Positions 11,923-24,759 of a stretch of 64,000 bases of DNA are shown in pieces (positions within the stretch are counted from its first letter, which is position 1; each line of letters begins with the position of its first letter). Made by a program: the position numbers and the translations under genes. Where the stretch lies: positions 4,839,241 through 4,903,240 of the forward strand of contig OZ316899.1 of assembly GCA_973895155.1 (NCBI GenBank), written 5' to 3'. The notes beneath the pieces were generated by a model. The model had not been told where the DNA came from and did no database searches. It saw only the letters and a list, made by a program, of their open reading frames with translations. The stretch comes from Marsupella aquatica (lineage: Eukaryota > Plantae > Marchantiophyta).

Positions 11923-14176
11923 ATGACAAAGATAAAATGTCCTTGCTACATTTGCAATTGTAGGGGTAATTGTGTGAGTCTAGGGACGGTCAAAAAGCAC
12001 CTCATTCAGAATTCTTGCCACCCATCGCAAAGGTATTGGTGGGGAGAGGATTGTGACTCTTCTGATGATGAGTCAAGTGCATGTTGCATGGAGGGGGATG
12101 GTGCATTTGAGGGCCCTGTGGACAATGCAAGATGTGCAGAGGAACTTGCCAATGATATGGATTGTGGCATAGATATCCTTGGGATACTAGAGGACCTGGC
12201 AATACCAAGTGAAACTGCTAATGCCAGTGAACCTATCCAAGAAACCACTGCATAGGAGCCCACTCTGCAGGAAAGTGAAGAGGGTCTCTTCAACATGGAT
12301 GATCTTCTAGAGGCGGACAGTACATCTAGAGAAGCAACACCTCAGATTTGGGACCAACAGGCAAAGGAGAAGATGATGCAAGCATTTGAAGAGGCGTGTG
12401 CCCCTTTGTATGAGGGGTCCACTACTTCCCAATTGTCATTTGTGTTGACATTCTAAACACATGCCATAATCATGGTTTCACCAACTCTAGAGTTGATGAA
12501 TTGCTTTTGTTGATGGGGAAACAGTTGATGCCTGCTAAGAATCTGTTGCCTAAAAACCTGTATGCATGCAAGAAGCTGATCAGTCATGCTGGCTTGGATT
12601 ATGTAAAAATTCATGCTTGTGAGGATGGATGTGTCCTGTTTAGAAAGGAGCATGCTGATTGTGATGAGTGTCCACTGTGCAAAAAGCCTAGGTATAAGCA
12701 GGTTGGACAATCAAAGCAACCTGTGAAAGTCCTTCGACATTTCCCCCTCATACCCAGGTTGAAACGAATGTACAGGTGCAAGGCAATTTCAGAGTTGATG
12801 ACATGGCATAAGGACAATAAAAGCACAAATGGAAAGGTCCAACATGTTGCAGATTCTAGGGCATGGAAGGAGATTGATACAACCTTTGATCCAACATTTG
12901 AAGCAGAGCCTCGCAATGTACACCTTGGATTGGCTCTGGATGGTGTGAATCCCTTTGGGGAAAACAACCTCAAGCATTCTACGTGGCCTGTGGTATTGTT
13001 GAATTACAATTTGCCCCCTTGGTTGTCCACCAAGAAGTTCTTCATTATGTTATTTGTGCTGATCCCTGGGCCTGATTCAGTGACTGACCGCAACATTGAC
13101 ATTTACATGGCTCCATTGCTGGAGAGGCTTTTGGAGCTCTGGGAGGGAGTTCCATGCTTTGATTCACTTGACAGGCCTGGCCTGAATAAGTGGTTCAATT
13201 TGCGGGCCATTCTATTTTGGACAGTGAATGACTATCCAGCTTTGGGTCTCATATCGGGTCAAGTCACAAAAGGATATCATGGATGCATTGTGTGTGGACC
13301 CAATGTGAGCTGCAAAAGGTCTGCTGCTCTATCCAAGAATGTATTTCTGGGGAGTCGACGGTGGCTGGAGGAGAACCATAAGTACCGCTTTGAAAGTTAT
13401 GCAACAAAATTTGATGGGGAATGCGAGCCACGGGGGCCTCCCCCAAGGATGACTTAATTGTGAGCAAAAATTAGCCTTTGCTGCTGAGGTGGAAGAGTAC
13501 TTGAAAACACCTGGGGCCAAACAAGGAAGCAAGAACTGTCCTTCAAAGCTTCATGGGGTGAAGAGGACACAAGGTCTTGCAAAGCTGCCATACTGGTCGG
13601 TGAGTCTCACACAGTTTGCATTCACCTTTTCAACTTGAAGATATTGCATAGTACCAACATTGTACACACATGTCAATTTGCAGTTGGATTGATCTACTTT
13701 TTGTTGTTTGGATGCAGAAACTTCTAATAAACCATGTGCTTGATCCCATGCACACAGAGAAGAACATTGCTCAGAATTTGATTCACACTACTTCTGGGAA
13801 GAAGGATACCACTGCTGTGCGGAATGATATGGAGGCTGAAGGCATTCACGAGCAACTGTGGATGAAGCCTCATCCAAACAATAAGAAGGACCACTTTGTG
13901 AAGCCCAAGGCGCCCTATGTGATGAGCAAACCAGAGTTGGAGAAGTTTCTGGGCACTTTGAAGAACTTGAAAGTTCCCACAGATTTTGGTAGCTCATTGG
14001 CAAAGTGTGTGAGAGCCAGCAATAAGTTGGCTGGCCTCAAGTCTCATGACTACCATTGCCTAATGCAGCAGATACTTCCTTTGGCATTGAAGGACTTAAT
14101 GGCAACAGGACCTTGAATGGCTATCATAAGTGTGTGTTGTGTGGCGTAAAATTTGCTGTAAGGTCTGAGACCCTAG
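11923..14176 (+). pseudogene. tnpD: CACTA/En-Spm TnpD-type transposase (element 1), with stops, cut by the LTR insertion at 14177
   Basis: KCPCYIC..HL N-terminal Zn motif, KIHACEDGCVLF, LRHFPLIPRL, PRNVHLGLALDGVNPF, LDPMHTEKN, GLKSHDYH. GT-AG intron 13600-13717. Confidence 0.92.
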
Positions 14177-16965
14177 TGTCACGTCATAAGCTTTGTCCTA
14201 GCGTGGATTTTGGCTTAGACGGGCATAATCTTCATTAGTTTTGAGGGTTCGGGCAAGGAGCGATGTGCAAACTGAACCTTATTCCCGTAATCTAGCGCTA
14301 AGTGCGCCTATTCCTACCTATGGAAATATCATGGGTATAGTTTGTGTTCCGCTGCCAGAACGTACGTAAAGTCGATAGCTGGATCAACCTCGGCTTAAGG
14401 GCTTTTAAGCCTTTGTACTGTCCGCCTCTGATCTGGATCCGATGATATGGGTATCCAACCCGGGCTCGCAACCACTATCCGTAGCCTACACCCCGTGCAC
14501 GGCTTGGATGATGCGTTCGGCCAAGCATTCTCTACCCGTATACGAGATTCATACATGCAACTGAACTCACACACATACAATCTCGGTTTACACGAAGGAA
14601 ATGGTGGGAAAAGACTTTACTTCAGAATCCGTCATACACATATACACGGTTGACTCGACATCTCTTGAGTAAACAGGCCCAACGGCATAGCGGCGTACAC
14701 TACAACGGAGCCCAGCTCTGCACTCGCCCAACAAGCTTAGTCGTACCCTCCCTCCGTGGTATTCTTTTACTCACAAAGGCCGGGACTCCCCGCACACCCT
14801 GTGGATACCCGGTTCTGAAACTAAAATCCCCCCTTGCCTCTACCAAGGGGTGCACTAAATACTAAGAGCCAGGATCTGGACCGACCACGTGCTTGAATCT
14901 AAGCTATCCCAGTTTCTAAACTCTGCTAATTTTCAGGCCGTAAAACGGCGTGTCTTATTCTAAGATCCTAAATATGAAGGTTGGTTGGATAGGACAGCGC
15001 CGCTAACTAGTTTCGGCGCTTGTCCTTATTGCTTGACTATCCTATTCCTAACTCTATCCTACACCTATCCCGCCGCTAATGTCTGGCACGCTTGCTAGAT
15101 CCGCCAGAGTTGGACTTGGAGGGGCCATCCCGCTACCTTCTGAGCCGGTCGGCGTCCTGCTTGAGGAGTTGGACCTGGTCCAGCAGAGATTCATTCTCTC
15201 GCTTCGCCGCGTCCATCTCCTCCACGGCTTCTTGACACGCCTCTTCCAGTTGTTGGACGTCGCTTGTCAGCTTGTCCACCAACTGGGCTTGCTTTGAGGC
15301 TTCTCCTTGAAGCCATGCCACTTCCGCCTTTAGGACGTCTATCTTGCCTATGTCCCGCTGGGCCGGAGCATCGGCCTCTTCCACATCCTTTTGCCAGATG
15401 ATGGCTTGTCCCTTCAAACCGTCAATCTGGGTTCGGAGCCATGCAATCTCGGTGTCCTTTCCAACTCTGGCCTGCTCTGCCAAGGATGCCTGGGCCCTAG
15501 CTTTGGCCACCTGATCTTCAATGGCCACAACCTGAGGCCACAGCAGTTGGACTTTGGTCTCTTGGGCTGCAACTTTGTCTTTCAGGTGGGCAGACTCAAT
15601 ATGATACCGCTCTATTCTCTGCGTAGCCTTGGCTTGCGCATATCCTGCCCGCACGGCTGCAACCAACTCCTAGTTGAAGAAGTAGGCCACCTTCCATGCC
15701 ATATACTCCCCGGTATCCCATGCAATTTGTTGAGAGAAGTCTCTCAGCAACCCATTCAAAAATGTGCCCGGTGCAAAAAGTTCTAGGCTTTCCAGAATAT
15801 GCCCCTCCGTGTTTGGGCAAGGACAGACCTCAACTCGCGCGGGAGTTGGAGTGGTGATGTCCAGCCCTTGAAGTATGGCGGGAGAGGGGGATGGGTTTTC
15901 TGGGGCTGGGCGGTTCTCCTGAACAGTCATGGAGGTTGGCAAGACGTCTTCTGTGACTGCAATCTTGAGCTTGGGTCCGGCCTCTGCCAGCCCGACTTCA
16001 ATCGCGTCCAGGGTCGCCATGACTGCATCATCTGGTACATTCGGAGGGGCGGCAACGGCTAATTGCGGGGCCGAGGTAGCAGGTCTCACGGCCGCCAGAC
16101 TTTGGGCCTCAGACTGAGGTTGCCTCTCCTGGGCTGGGAATATCCACCGCGATGGGGTCAACTTGGGCTCGTTGATACGTGGGAGGCTTTGGCGGTCAAA
16201 GCGGGCGTACCACTCGATGATGATTTTGATGTGGCTAGCAAAGTATGCCTTCCTGTTGAGGAAGACTGAGGTACAAAGTATTCCTTCTCCGCTCCATCTC
16301 CTTGTGGAACTTCTTGGTGAAGAAGGACGCCCACTTCCTAGGTCGATAGTTCTCGACCTGGATGACCTGGGCGGCGGATATTTCGGCCCTTGGTTCCATC
16401 ATCTGGAGGGCGTACTGCTAGAACTCCAGCTGTTCTGCTATCTCTAGGATGAGGCATGTCCTCATCAAGAATCCATTGTCCACTGCTCCCTCGGTCGGGA
16501 AGCTAGAAGATTGATGCTTGGCTCCTTTGCCCCCGGGAGCCCGCGATTCCACCCAATTTATTCCTTCGGGTAGGCTGAAGATCATCTTAAGTCGTGCCTT
16601 ATTGAGGGACATCACTCTCCCGTACGCTCGGGTTTGTTGGCAGGCCTCGTTGAAGTTCTGGATGAACTCCGTCATGTCCTGCCCGTAGTACCTGCTTCCA
16701 TTCCAAGGGAGAGAGGCGAGGTGTTCAAACCCTTGGGTCTTCAGGTAGCATGCATGCTTGGGTTGGAGTATGTTCTTGTGGACATTCTCTCCCATGCAAT
16801 GCATGGTCAGCTTGGCCACCACAACTTATGGCCAAAGGCAGCCCGGATACAGCTGCGGGTTCCTTTCTCTTCCTACTCCGGGACTGGTTTCCAGGGTGAC
16901 TTGAAGAGGGGGACGTTTCCCCATCTTCTCTATCGGGCGGTGTCCGGGTGACCGTGTTTTCTGGT
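14177..16965 (-). mobile_element. Truncated copy of LTR family A (gene-carrying LTR)
   Basis: Begins TGTCACGTCAT like 27794 and is colinear with 27794-30600. The other end is missing. Confidence 0.85.
15076..16960 (-). pseudogene. Disrupted LTR-embedded ORF (family A), conserved domain + coiled coil
   Basis: ORF fragments 16418-16822, 15670-16161 and 15133-15666 match the 28692-31328 protein; both end KRARH*. Confidence 0.85.
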
Positions 16966-17319
16966 AAGAGCATGTTGGTTCTTATGAAGTCAACCTTGCA
17001 TGCCTATAAGTTCTACAGTAAAACCAAAATGATAACTCTAGTAAGAAGGATAGTGGGTATTAAAAAAGGTTCAGGTGAAACTAATATACTATTTCTTACA
17101 ACATTTTGTATATTTTTTAATATATTGGCCACGAAAACCCCATGGCAGAGGATACACAGAAGACCAAAAAAGATTCACCCAATCAACAACCAGCACAGAA
17201 AGCCTACACACAGGCCCAGGACAGGTGGCCCAACCCCAAGGCAATTCATGGTCACACAAATGTCAATAGCCCTCCCGTCAATCAGTCATCATATCATAAA
17301 TCTCTCTATTCCTGATTAT

Positions 17320-20300
17320 CTACCCTGAAGTGATCCACACATCTCTAGCTTCAGCCAAGCAAGCAATCCTCTCCCTGTTAATCATTTTTTTTGCTCTCAG
17401 TAATCGTGTTTTCCGGTTACAAGCAGGCAAAGCAGCCGCCACAGCCGAAACATGGTCTGCCGCCTCAATCAAAATGAATCGGAAATCAAGTTTCCTGCAC
17501 CCAGCAACCTGGAACATGTGCTCATTACGCCCAAGCCACAATGCCCACAACATCTGGTACAGCACTACCATCATTACTATCTTGCTATGGTGTCTGCCTA
17601 TCGCAGAGTCCAGCAGCCCAATCAGTCCACTAGCATATCCTGCAAACATTCCTCCAAAACCCTATGAGCAGAGATCCCAACACTTCTGTGCATGTGGGCA
17701 GTCCATGAATAGGTGTGAAATGGACTCAATCCTTCCCGGACAAAGCTTACATTCCCCACTTCCTTTACCAATCTTAACAGCCCGCACCCCAGTGAACAGT
17801 CCCGATGCGATTACCCTCCACAAAAAGGTCTTTGCCCGCAAAGACATGCATGCCCCCCACAGACCGGCCCAGCACCCCTTCCACTCCAGCTCAGACTTGT
17901 CGATGCCCCATGTTCTGTTCAAGCTTTGCGCCTCCTCCAAAGCAGGTCTAAGTAGATGGTAGGCTCTCCGGTTGGGTAACTTAAAGCACTTCAAAGGGGC
18001 AGGGTTATCTGCCTAGCACCAGCATCCCGGTCCTGGTTCAAATCCCCAATCACATTGTGCAACTTCATATAAGGCATCCAAGAAGCACTTGCCAAGGGAC
18101 AGGTGCTCGGGTGTGACTCCTCTCAAATGTTCCCATCTTCCTTCCATCCTTTTCCAATCCTGGCTGTCCTCCGACCAAAGATCCTGTATACTTCTAATAC
18201 CCAATCTCCCACAGAGCACCGTAGTAGCAGCCTTATCCACATTGCTCCAAGACTGGAAGCCTTTTAGACAGCGGAGTGCATCTCCAACAGACCACCTCCC
18301 CGGTAACCATCTCACAGGGAAAAAGATAAGATTAGATCGCAATTCCTCCCAGGCCTTCCAAAGTCCCCCTGTGTAAACCAGTCTGTGAAGCGGCCCCGGG
18401 TTGCAAAGCAACATCTTGTCTCGAAAAGAGTAATTGTTCCTTTGTATCACCTTGTAGTTGTGCCACCCTATCAGCTTCAAATTTTCTGCAAACAAGCAGG
18501 CCCATTCAGACGCTCATGGTCTACTCTATCGAACGCCTTTTTGAAATCTAGCTTTAGGAATAGCGCCTCCTGCTTCCTATTTTTCAGCCAATCAAAAGTT
18601 AGCCAGGCCAACAAAATATTTTCCAAGATATTTCGCCCGGGGATGAAGCCAGTCTGCTGCGGGCTAATAAGTTGTGGCAGAACCTTAATCAGTCGCAGAG
18701 CCAATATTTTTGCAATCAGCTTGTAAATGGTGTTCAACATAGTTAAGGGTCTCCAATCCTTCAACATCCTCTTATCCGGCTTCTTTGGTATGAGCTTAAT
18801 CGACCCCTCCTTAATACCGCATGCCAGCTTCCCAGTCAGCCAAAACTCCTGTATCATGGCGATCAGATCCTCATTCATAAATTCCCAACAAGCCTGGTAA
18901 ACCTCCACCGAAAGTCCATCCGGGCCAGGGGCTTTATCTTTTGGGAGTGCCCAAAGTACTTCTTGGATTTCCTTAGCACTTGGCAGCCCTTCGAGCCTAG
19001 CATTCTCCGTAGTGGATAAAGAGGCCCAAGTGTGCTCCAGCAGTCTACTGCGCTCTCACAAGATAATTCCCTTCTCCTGCGTAGAGGGAGCCCCGGGGCA
19101 ATAAAGCTCAAGGCACACCCTCTCAACTTCCCTCATTATCGTCCCCGCATCAATGATCACCATCCCTCCCTCTAGCGTTAAGCTTTTCATAGCCTCCCGT
19201 GCACGTTTGGCCTTTACCGTTGCAAAGTAGAATCGGGAGGGCTCCTCACCCTCCCCCAGCCATTTAATTCTTGCTAGTCGTCTTACTCGATGTGCCTCCT
19301 CTAATTCCGCTACATGTAATATGTCTTCCGTTGCAATGTATTCCTGTAATTCACTATCTGAACTTTCTTCCATTATTGCCACCTTAAGCAGCCGCAGCTG
19401 ATTACGAAGAAGCAGCATCTCCACCTCCTGCTCCTTGGGTGATGCCTGTTTTGCCATGTAGGCTCGTCTCAAATTCCTACTAGCCTTGTCAAACGCCAAT
19501 ATTGGTTCGTCGCCCTTGCCTTTCCCCTCATTCCAAGCCACTTTTAGAGTCTCCACGGTACCTTCCACCAGCACAAGTGTCAGATTAGCCCTGAAGAGTC
19601 TAATCCGCACCCGATTGTTGTCCCCCCCAGACCCCCCGCCAGTCGCACACCTACCACAATAGGGTCATGGTCCAAAAGGGCTGAACCTCTGTCATGCTCA
19701 AGCTCCAGTAGCTATTCAGTCCAGTCCCCATTATCACTGAAATAAAACCTGTCCAGTCGGGATTGTACCATTATCCCGTTTCTATTCCTACGTCAGGTAA
19801 AGCATGCTCCAGTTACTGCCCCCTTCATAAGGACTGCATCCACCAAGTTAAATCTCACCTTAAGAATCGCCAAAACTCAGCTTCTCGGCCCCGGATAAAG
19901 GGCAAGCTCCCAGTGGAGTCCACTCGCCTCTCGGTCATATTAAAGTCCCCACAAACAATCTAGTTTGCCTACGGCAACAGTATCTTTAGTTCATTCCATA
20001 GAATTGCTCTCCGTCAAGGAGAATTGGGAGCGTACATGCTCACAATTCCAAAATTGCACTGTTCATACTCCACGAGCGCCCATGCTGCGCACCCGAGATT
20101 GACCACTCCAGATGCTACCACTTTAATGTCAGGGTGTAACATAAGGGAAGTACCTCCCCGTCCCTCCTCCGGTATAGATGTGACACAACGATACAAAGGC
20201 AGGATTGCTCTCAACGCAATGTCCAACCTGAACCGATCTGCTTTAATTTCTTGCAGTGCTAGAATGTCCAGCCTTTCCTTCCTCGATTCAATCCAGTTTT

Positions 20301-20373
20301 TCACCGCAGTCTTTCTGTTGGGCTCGCACAGCCCACACACATTCCAGGAGGCAGCCCTCAGCATCCCACCCAT
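17320..20373 (-). pseudogene. LINE ORF2 (APE endonuclease, partial RT, zf-RVT)
   Basis: SWNVCGL, ILALQEIK, SMYAPN; WLGEGEEPSRFY; WRPLTMLNTIYK, QQTGFIPGR, KLDFKKAFDRV; CKLC..ESISHLFMDC. The FADD region is absent. Confidence 0.9.
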
Positions 20374-20405
20374 TTAAGCTGGTCCCCCCTCAATTCTCTC
20401 CGAGC

Positions 20406-22375
20406 TTACAAACGTACCCGCCCGCCCGATGGCGTACCCAAATCGGTGCTACCGCTGCTACGTCTTGGCGTTGCAATATACATGTCCCTTGTATCCTCCA
20501 TCACTAAGTCTGCCAGGTGGGGAGAAGCCCGCTCCATTTCCCCCCCTTCATCCGTGCCGATTGGAGTAGCAATATCCACCGTTAGTTGATCCCGCTCCGC
20601 CCCTAGTGCCCGCAACTTTCCAATCCCTACATCAGGCATAGACGACAATGAGAAAGTGAGGGAGCGTTGCTTTTTAGCCTCTTGAGGAGCCCAATCCTTC
20701 TTAGTAATTGGAGGTGTCCTCTTGTCCAGCTTCCTGGCTCTCTCCTTTCCTTTACCAGATACATACTCTTCGTATTCCAACATATCAGCATCTGTGTCCC
20801 CGTGATATGAATAGGCTTCTAGGTCCGCACCATCCCCCTCACTGGGTGATTCAATTGAATCAGCGATTGTAGAGACAGCCATCCCAGCAGGCGCAAAGCT
20901 TTGTGCCCCCGCATCAAGCACCCCGGATGGTAGTGTAGTAAGCGCAACCAATTCCGCTGCCCCCGTCTCTACAAGGTGGCAGCATCAACAGGTTGCCTTC
21001 TCCCCTGTCTACACCTTTAGAAATGCTTAATTGCCCGTTCCCAACACTAGTAACCTCTGGCACGACAGCAGCTTCCTCTCGCATCAGTGATTCCACCGCT
21101 AGTATATCCGCAGTTACCGTATTATCCTCCCTGGTAGCCACCACCTCCGCACCCAATCTCACCCAAAGATTCATTGCTAGTTGGCTCCTCAACACCTCCT
21201 CCGGGTCTCCTTCTGCTGTCTCATCCAACTCCTCTGGGGTGTCATCCACTGCCTCCCCCTTGTTCTCCTGATCAGCCTCCGCAACAACATTCCAACCTTC
21301 CCTGCATTCCCGGGCCAAATGCCCTTTCTTATTGCACTTAAAGCAATGGAAAGGAATGTTCTTAAACAGGATGGGTTGCCAGATAATTATATCCTCCCTA
21401 ATTTTTACTTGTGCACTTTGAGGTACTTCACGTTCAGTATCCCAGAGGATACAGGCCCTGTCGTGCGGGTAGGAACTATAATCATCGCCTTGGATGTAAT
21501 GTAGCAGCTTTCCCATTGATTCTACAATCTTTATCCTGCATCCTTCAAGTACTAGCGCTCGAAAAGGAAGCTCAATCCATACTGGTAACTTAGTAAATTT
21601 TGCAGACCTTATATCAAATGAAGGGTCCTAGGGGAAGGTAAATACTAATTTCCGCTCCAGGAACCACGGTGCACACTCTAAAGCCAAATCTCGATGCTCT
21701 GCCTTTTCAAATACAATCATATAGAAACTTTTCCCAACAAATTTTACCTGCATCACCGGCCAGCCTTGCCTCTCTACCATCCAGTCTTCCACCCATGCCC
21801 GGAATGTTGGCAGCATCGGAGTCCAGTCAGTAAAATAGCACAGCATTGCACAGTTGTACAACTGCCTTACATTGCACATTGCTTCCTCAAGACTCCAGTC
21901 CACCGTGGTGAATAGCTTAGAGCTCCAATCACCTTTTGTGTTTTCCGCAATCTCCTTTAAGATGTTAATACATTTATCCGAGACCCCTTCCCTTTCCCGT
22001 CCATCTGCCTTCTCCGGTGTTTCACGCTCAGTTGGGGCCCTAATCTCGACCAATTGAGGTCCAATGGCTTGAGGTCCTGCACCAGGGGTTCTGTGCAGGT
22101 TCAGCATCGTGCTCAATAGCCCTACTCTTTGCCGGGCCCGGTGTGATCTCACTGTCTCTCACCTTCCCAGGCTCATTGCTGTTCTCTTGTGGCTCCTTTG
22201 GGTCCGCCAGGCGCTTGTGCGCCTGATCCAAATTGGCATACAAGTCAAAGGGTTGTTGGGCCACATAAAAAGGCCGGCGGCCAGGAGCATCCCGGGCTCC
22301 CCGGCCAAGGTGTGCAATCGAGCTATGTGAGTCCTGCCTGCTATATCTTGCATTATCCTCCCCTATCGACTCCAT
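20406..22375 (-). pseudogene. LINE ORF1 (DUF4283/RRM-like region + CCHC knuckle)
   Basis: VKFVGKSFYMIVFEKAEHRDLALECAPWFL; CFKCNKKGHLAREC. Confidence 0.85.
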
Positions 22376-24224
22376 AATTTAAGCAGTAATTTCAGATGGT
22401 ACTTAGAGTAGAGGGTTCCTTCTCACCTCTCAATCCGCCCTTCCTTCCTGGTGTCAGCAAAGTCCCTCCACCCCTGTCCCGTAAGTTGCTACTTTTTAAT
22501 CTCCCCGTTAGTCAGCCGTTCATTCTTCCCTTCCCCGCGTCAGTAGCAGGTCCCCACAGTGAGTGTCTCCTGCCCACCGCTTCTACTTCCCCTTTTTTGC
22601 CTTGTGGGTCTTCCAATCTGCCCTTTAATTTTTCCTTTCCCAATCTATCCCTGTTACTAAGTCAGATTCATGCCACTTCGCTTGGCTTCTAAGGCCCACT
22701 GCCCTTGCTCTCCGCTATTTACTTCAGATTTTGATCTCTTACTTTGCCCTGTCTTACCCTGTTGTCAGTGACAACGGTATTACTGTCAATTCCTCAGGTC
22801 CTCAAAAATACTTCCCCCCAGCTCCCTATGGGTCACCAGTCAGCGATCATGATCTCAAATGTCAGTCCCGTATCTTGTTGCGCCTTCGACATTACAAATG
22901 AAGTCAAGATCCAGATCCCGTCACGGCCGTGCTTACCCCTTCTCAGTGTAATTAGGTTCCACGACCCCTAATCCAAATCACTTGCTCAGCGATGGCTCTT
23001 GGGTTCCTCTCTCTTAGTGTACGCAAAATCATAGGGAAAAAAGGCGGAACGAAGCACTTTCGCCACCCACCCTAAATCGCCAAAGCACCCCCTGAAGAAA
23101 GGTAAACATCTCCAAATAACGCCCTGCAATTGCCCGCCAACTCTCATTGTGTAGAACCAAACAAAGTTCAGCCACCTTCCATCCGCCATCTTATACTTCC
23201 TCCGCCCTTGGAATAGCGCCGCCCCGCGTCCTTCTAGATTGTTGCTAATCAATCTTACAAGCTGTAATCCGAATTCGCTTCCTAATGCTGCACCTCCCTA
23301 AGTAAGATTATCTCTTCAAATAGATGTAGTGGGTCCTGCACAGGGCTCCAACGGCCACATCTACCAGCAGCACCGACCCTAAACCATGCCAGTCCTTCCT
23401 ACTTTTTTGTTTAGCTTTCTTCTCCAAGCATCCTTTCCATTGTTTCCACCTGCATTCGCAAAAGTTACACCCCCCTAGACAGGAGTAAGCATCTTAGCAC
23501 CCAGTCAACTATCAATCGTAACGCTCATCCACAAGACCAGATTTGAGTACACCCAACACACCTTCAGCTCCGTCAGTTTCCCTTCAGCCCCCTCCTAAAC
23601 TAATATACTATTAACCCCACTCCACCATATTTGCGGACCAACGCCTCTCGGAAATTAACTTTTCTACGACATATGATCCTTATGTCTCAAAAAAAAAATG
23701 AAATTGAAATGTCATCTAGACTCCTATTTAGATCCATGATTTTTAATAGAAGACAAAGATAATGCACTCCCACTCCTCTCGGTAAGACACTATCGGGTAT
23801 ACTATTGGCTCATTAAAACTCATAACAGTAGTTGCAAATTGAGTTTCAAAGTCATAGGTTAAATATTGCCTCATGGATGGCTTGTCTAAAAGATGGACTC
23901 TAACCAAAAATGGATTAGGAAGGGGAAGATTATGGATATCCCTTCCTCCTAGGTTCATAATGACTCTCTTGTTCCTTTGCTATCCAGGCCAAATGATGCC
24001 CCACCCCTATGTACATAAGGCAAAGAATAGAAGAAAAAGATTAGAGAAGAAAATAGGATCGCTTTGACGCGGAAATTATCAAAATGTGGGAATGAGGAGA
24101 GAGTGTCCCTCACCACTTTATTTATATTGAATCCAAAAGGGCATGGATTACACCCAAACGCTTGGATCAAAGCCAAGTGGCACACATCCAACGTAGGAAT
24201 GTGTGCTAGTACTATTGCAATCAA

Positions 24225-24690
24225 AACAAATAATGCATGCAAGTAAAACAACTAATGCATGCACCTAAAATAATTTGTGCATGCATGCACCTTGTGGATT
24301 CCACATTTGCTCACCTTGCATGCGCATAAAACAACTAATGCATGCATCTAAAACAATTTGCATCCATCTAAAACAATTTGTGCATGCACCTTTGGCTTGA
24401 ATATGTGCTCACCTTGCATGCACATAAAACAACTAATGCATGCAAATAAAATAATTTGCGTGCATCTAAAACAATTTGTGCATGCACCTTGTGGCTTGCA
24501 TATTTGCTCACCTTGCATGCACATTTGCTCACCTTGCATGTACATAAAACGACTATTGCATGCACATAAAATGACTATTGCATGCACATAAAATAACTAT
24601 TGCATAAAAATAAAACAATTTGCACATGCATCCAAACAATTTGTGCATGCATCTTGTGGTTTGCATAGTTGCTTACCTTGCATGCACATA
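24225..24690. repeat. TGCA-rich imperfect minisatellite
   Basis: Recurring AAAACAACTAATGCATGCA, AAAACAATTTGTGCATGCACC and TTTGCTCACCTTGCATGCACAT units. Confidence 0.85.
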
Positions 24691-24759
24691 AGTAATAGTC
24701 AAACTATTTAGTTATTCCGTAACAAAATATAAATCTAACCTATAATCTCTAATAATCAA

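Larger units (their letters stand above)
17100..23660 (-). mobile_element. L1-clade LINE 1, near full length, degenerate, with an internal RT deletion
   Basis: ORF1 then ORF2 fragments in order, 3' hairpin plus A-rich end near 17100-17147. The 5' boundary is approximate and no TSD was found. Confidence 0.88.

Noticed and set aside
2190-14176. CCTAG at 2190-2194 and 14172-14176 as one TSD pair
   Set aside because: They flank different element families and do not bracket a single element; probably coincidence.
23743-24251. Short minus-strand ORFs as a host gene
   Set aside because: No recognisable motif; short fragments between TE remnants.
24348-24591. Cys/His-rich short ORFs
   Set aside because: They are artefacts of the TGCA-rich repeat.
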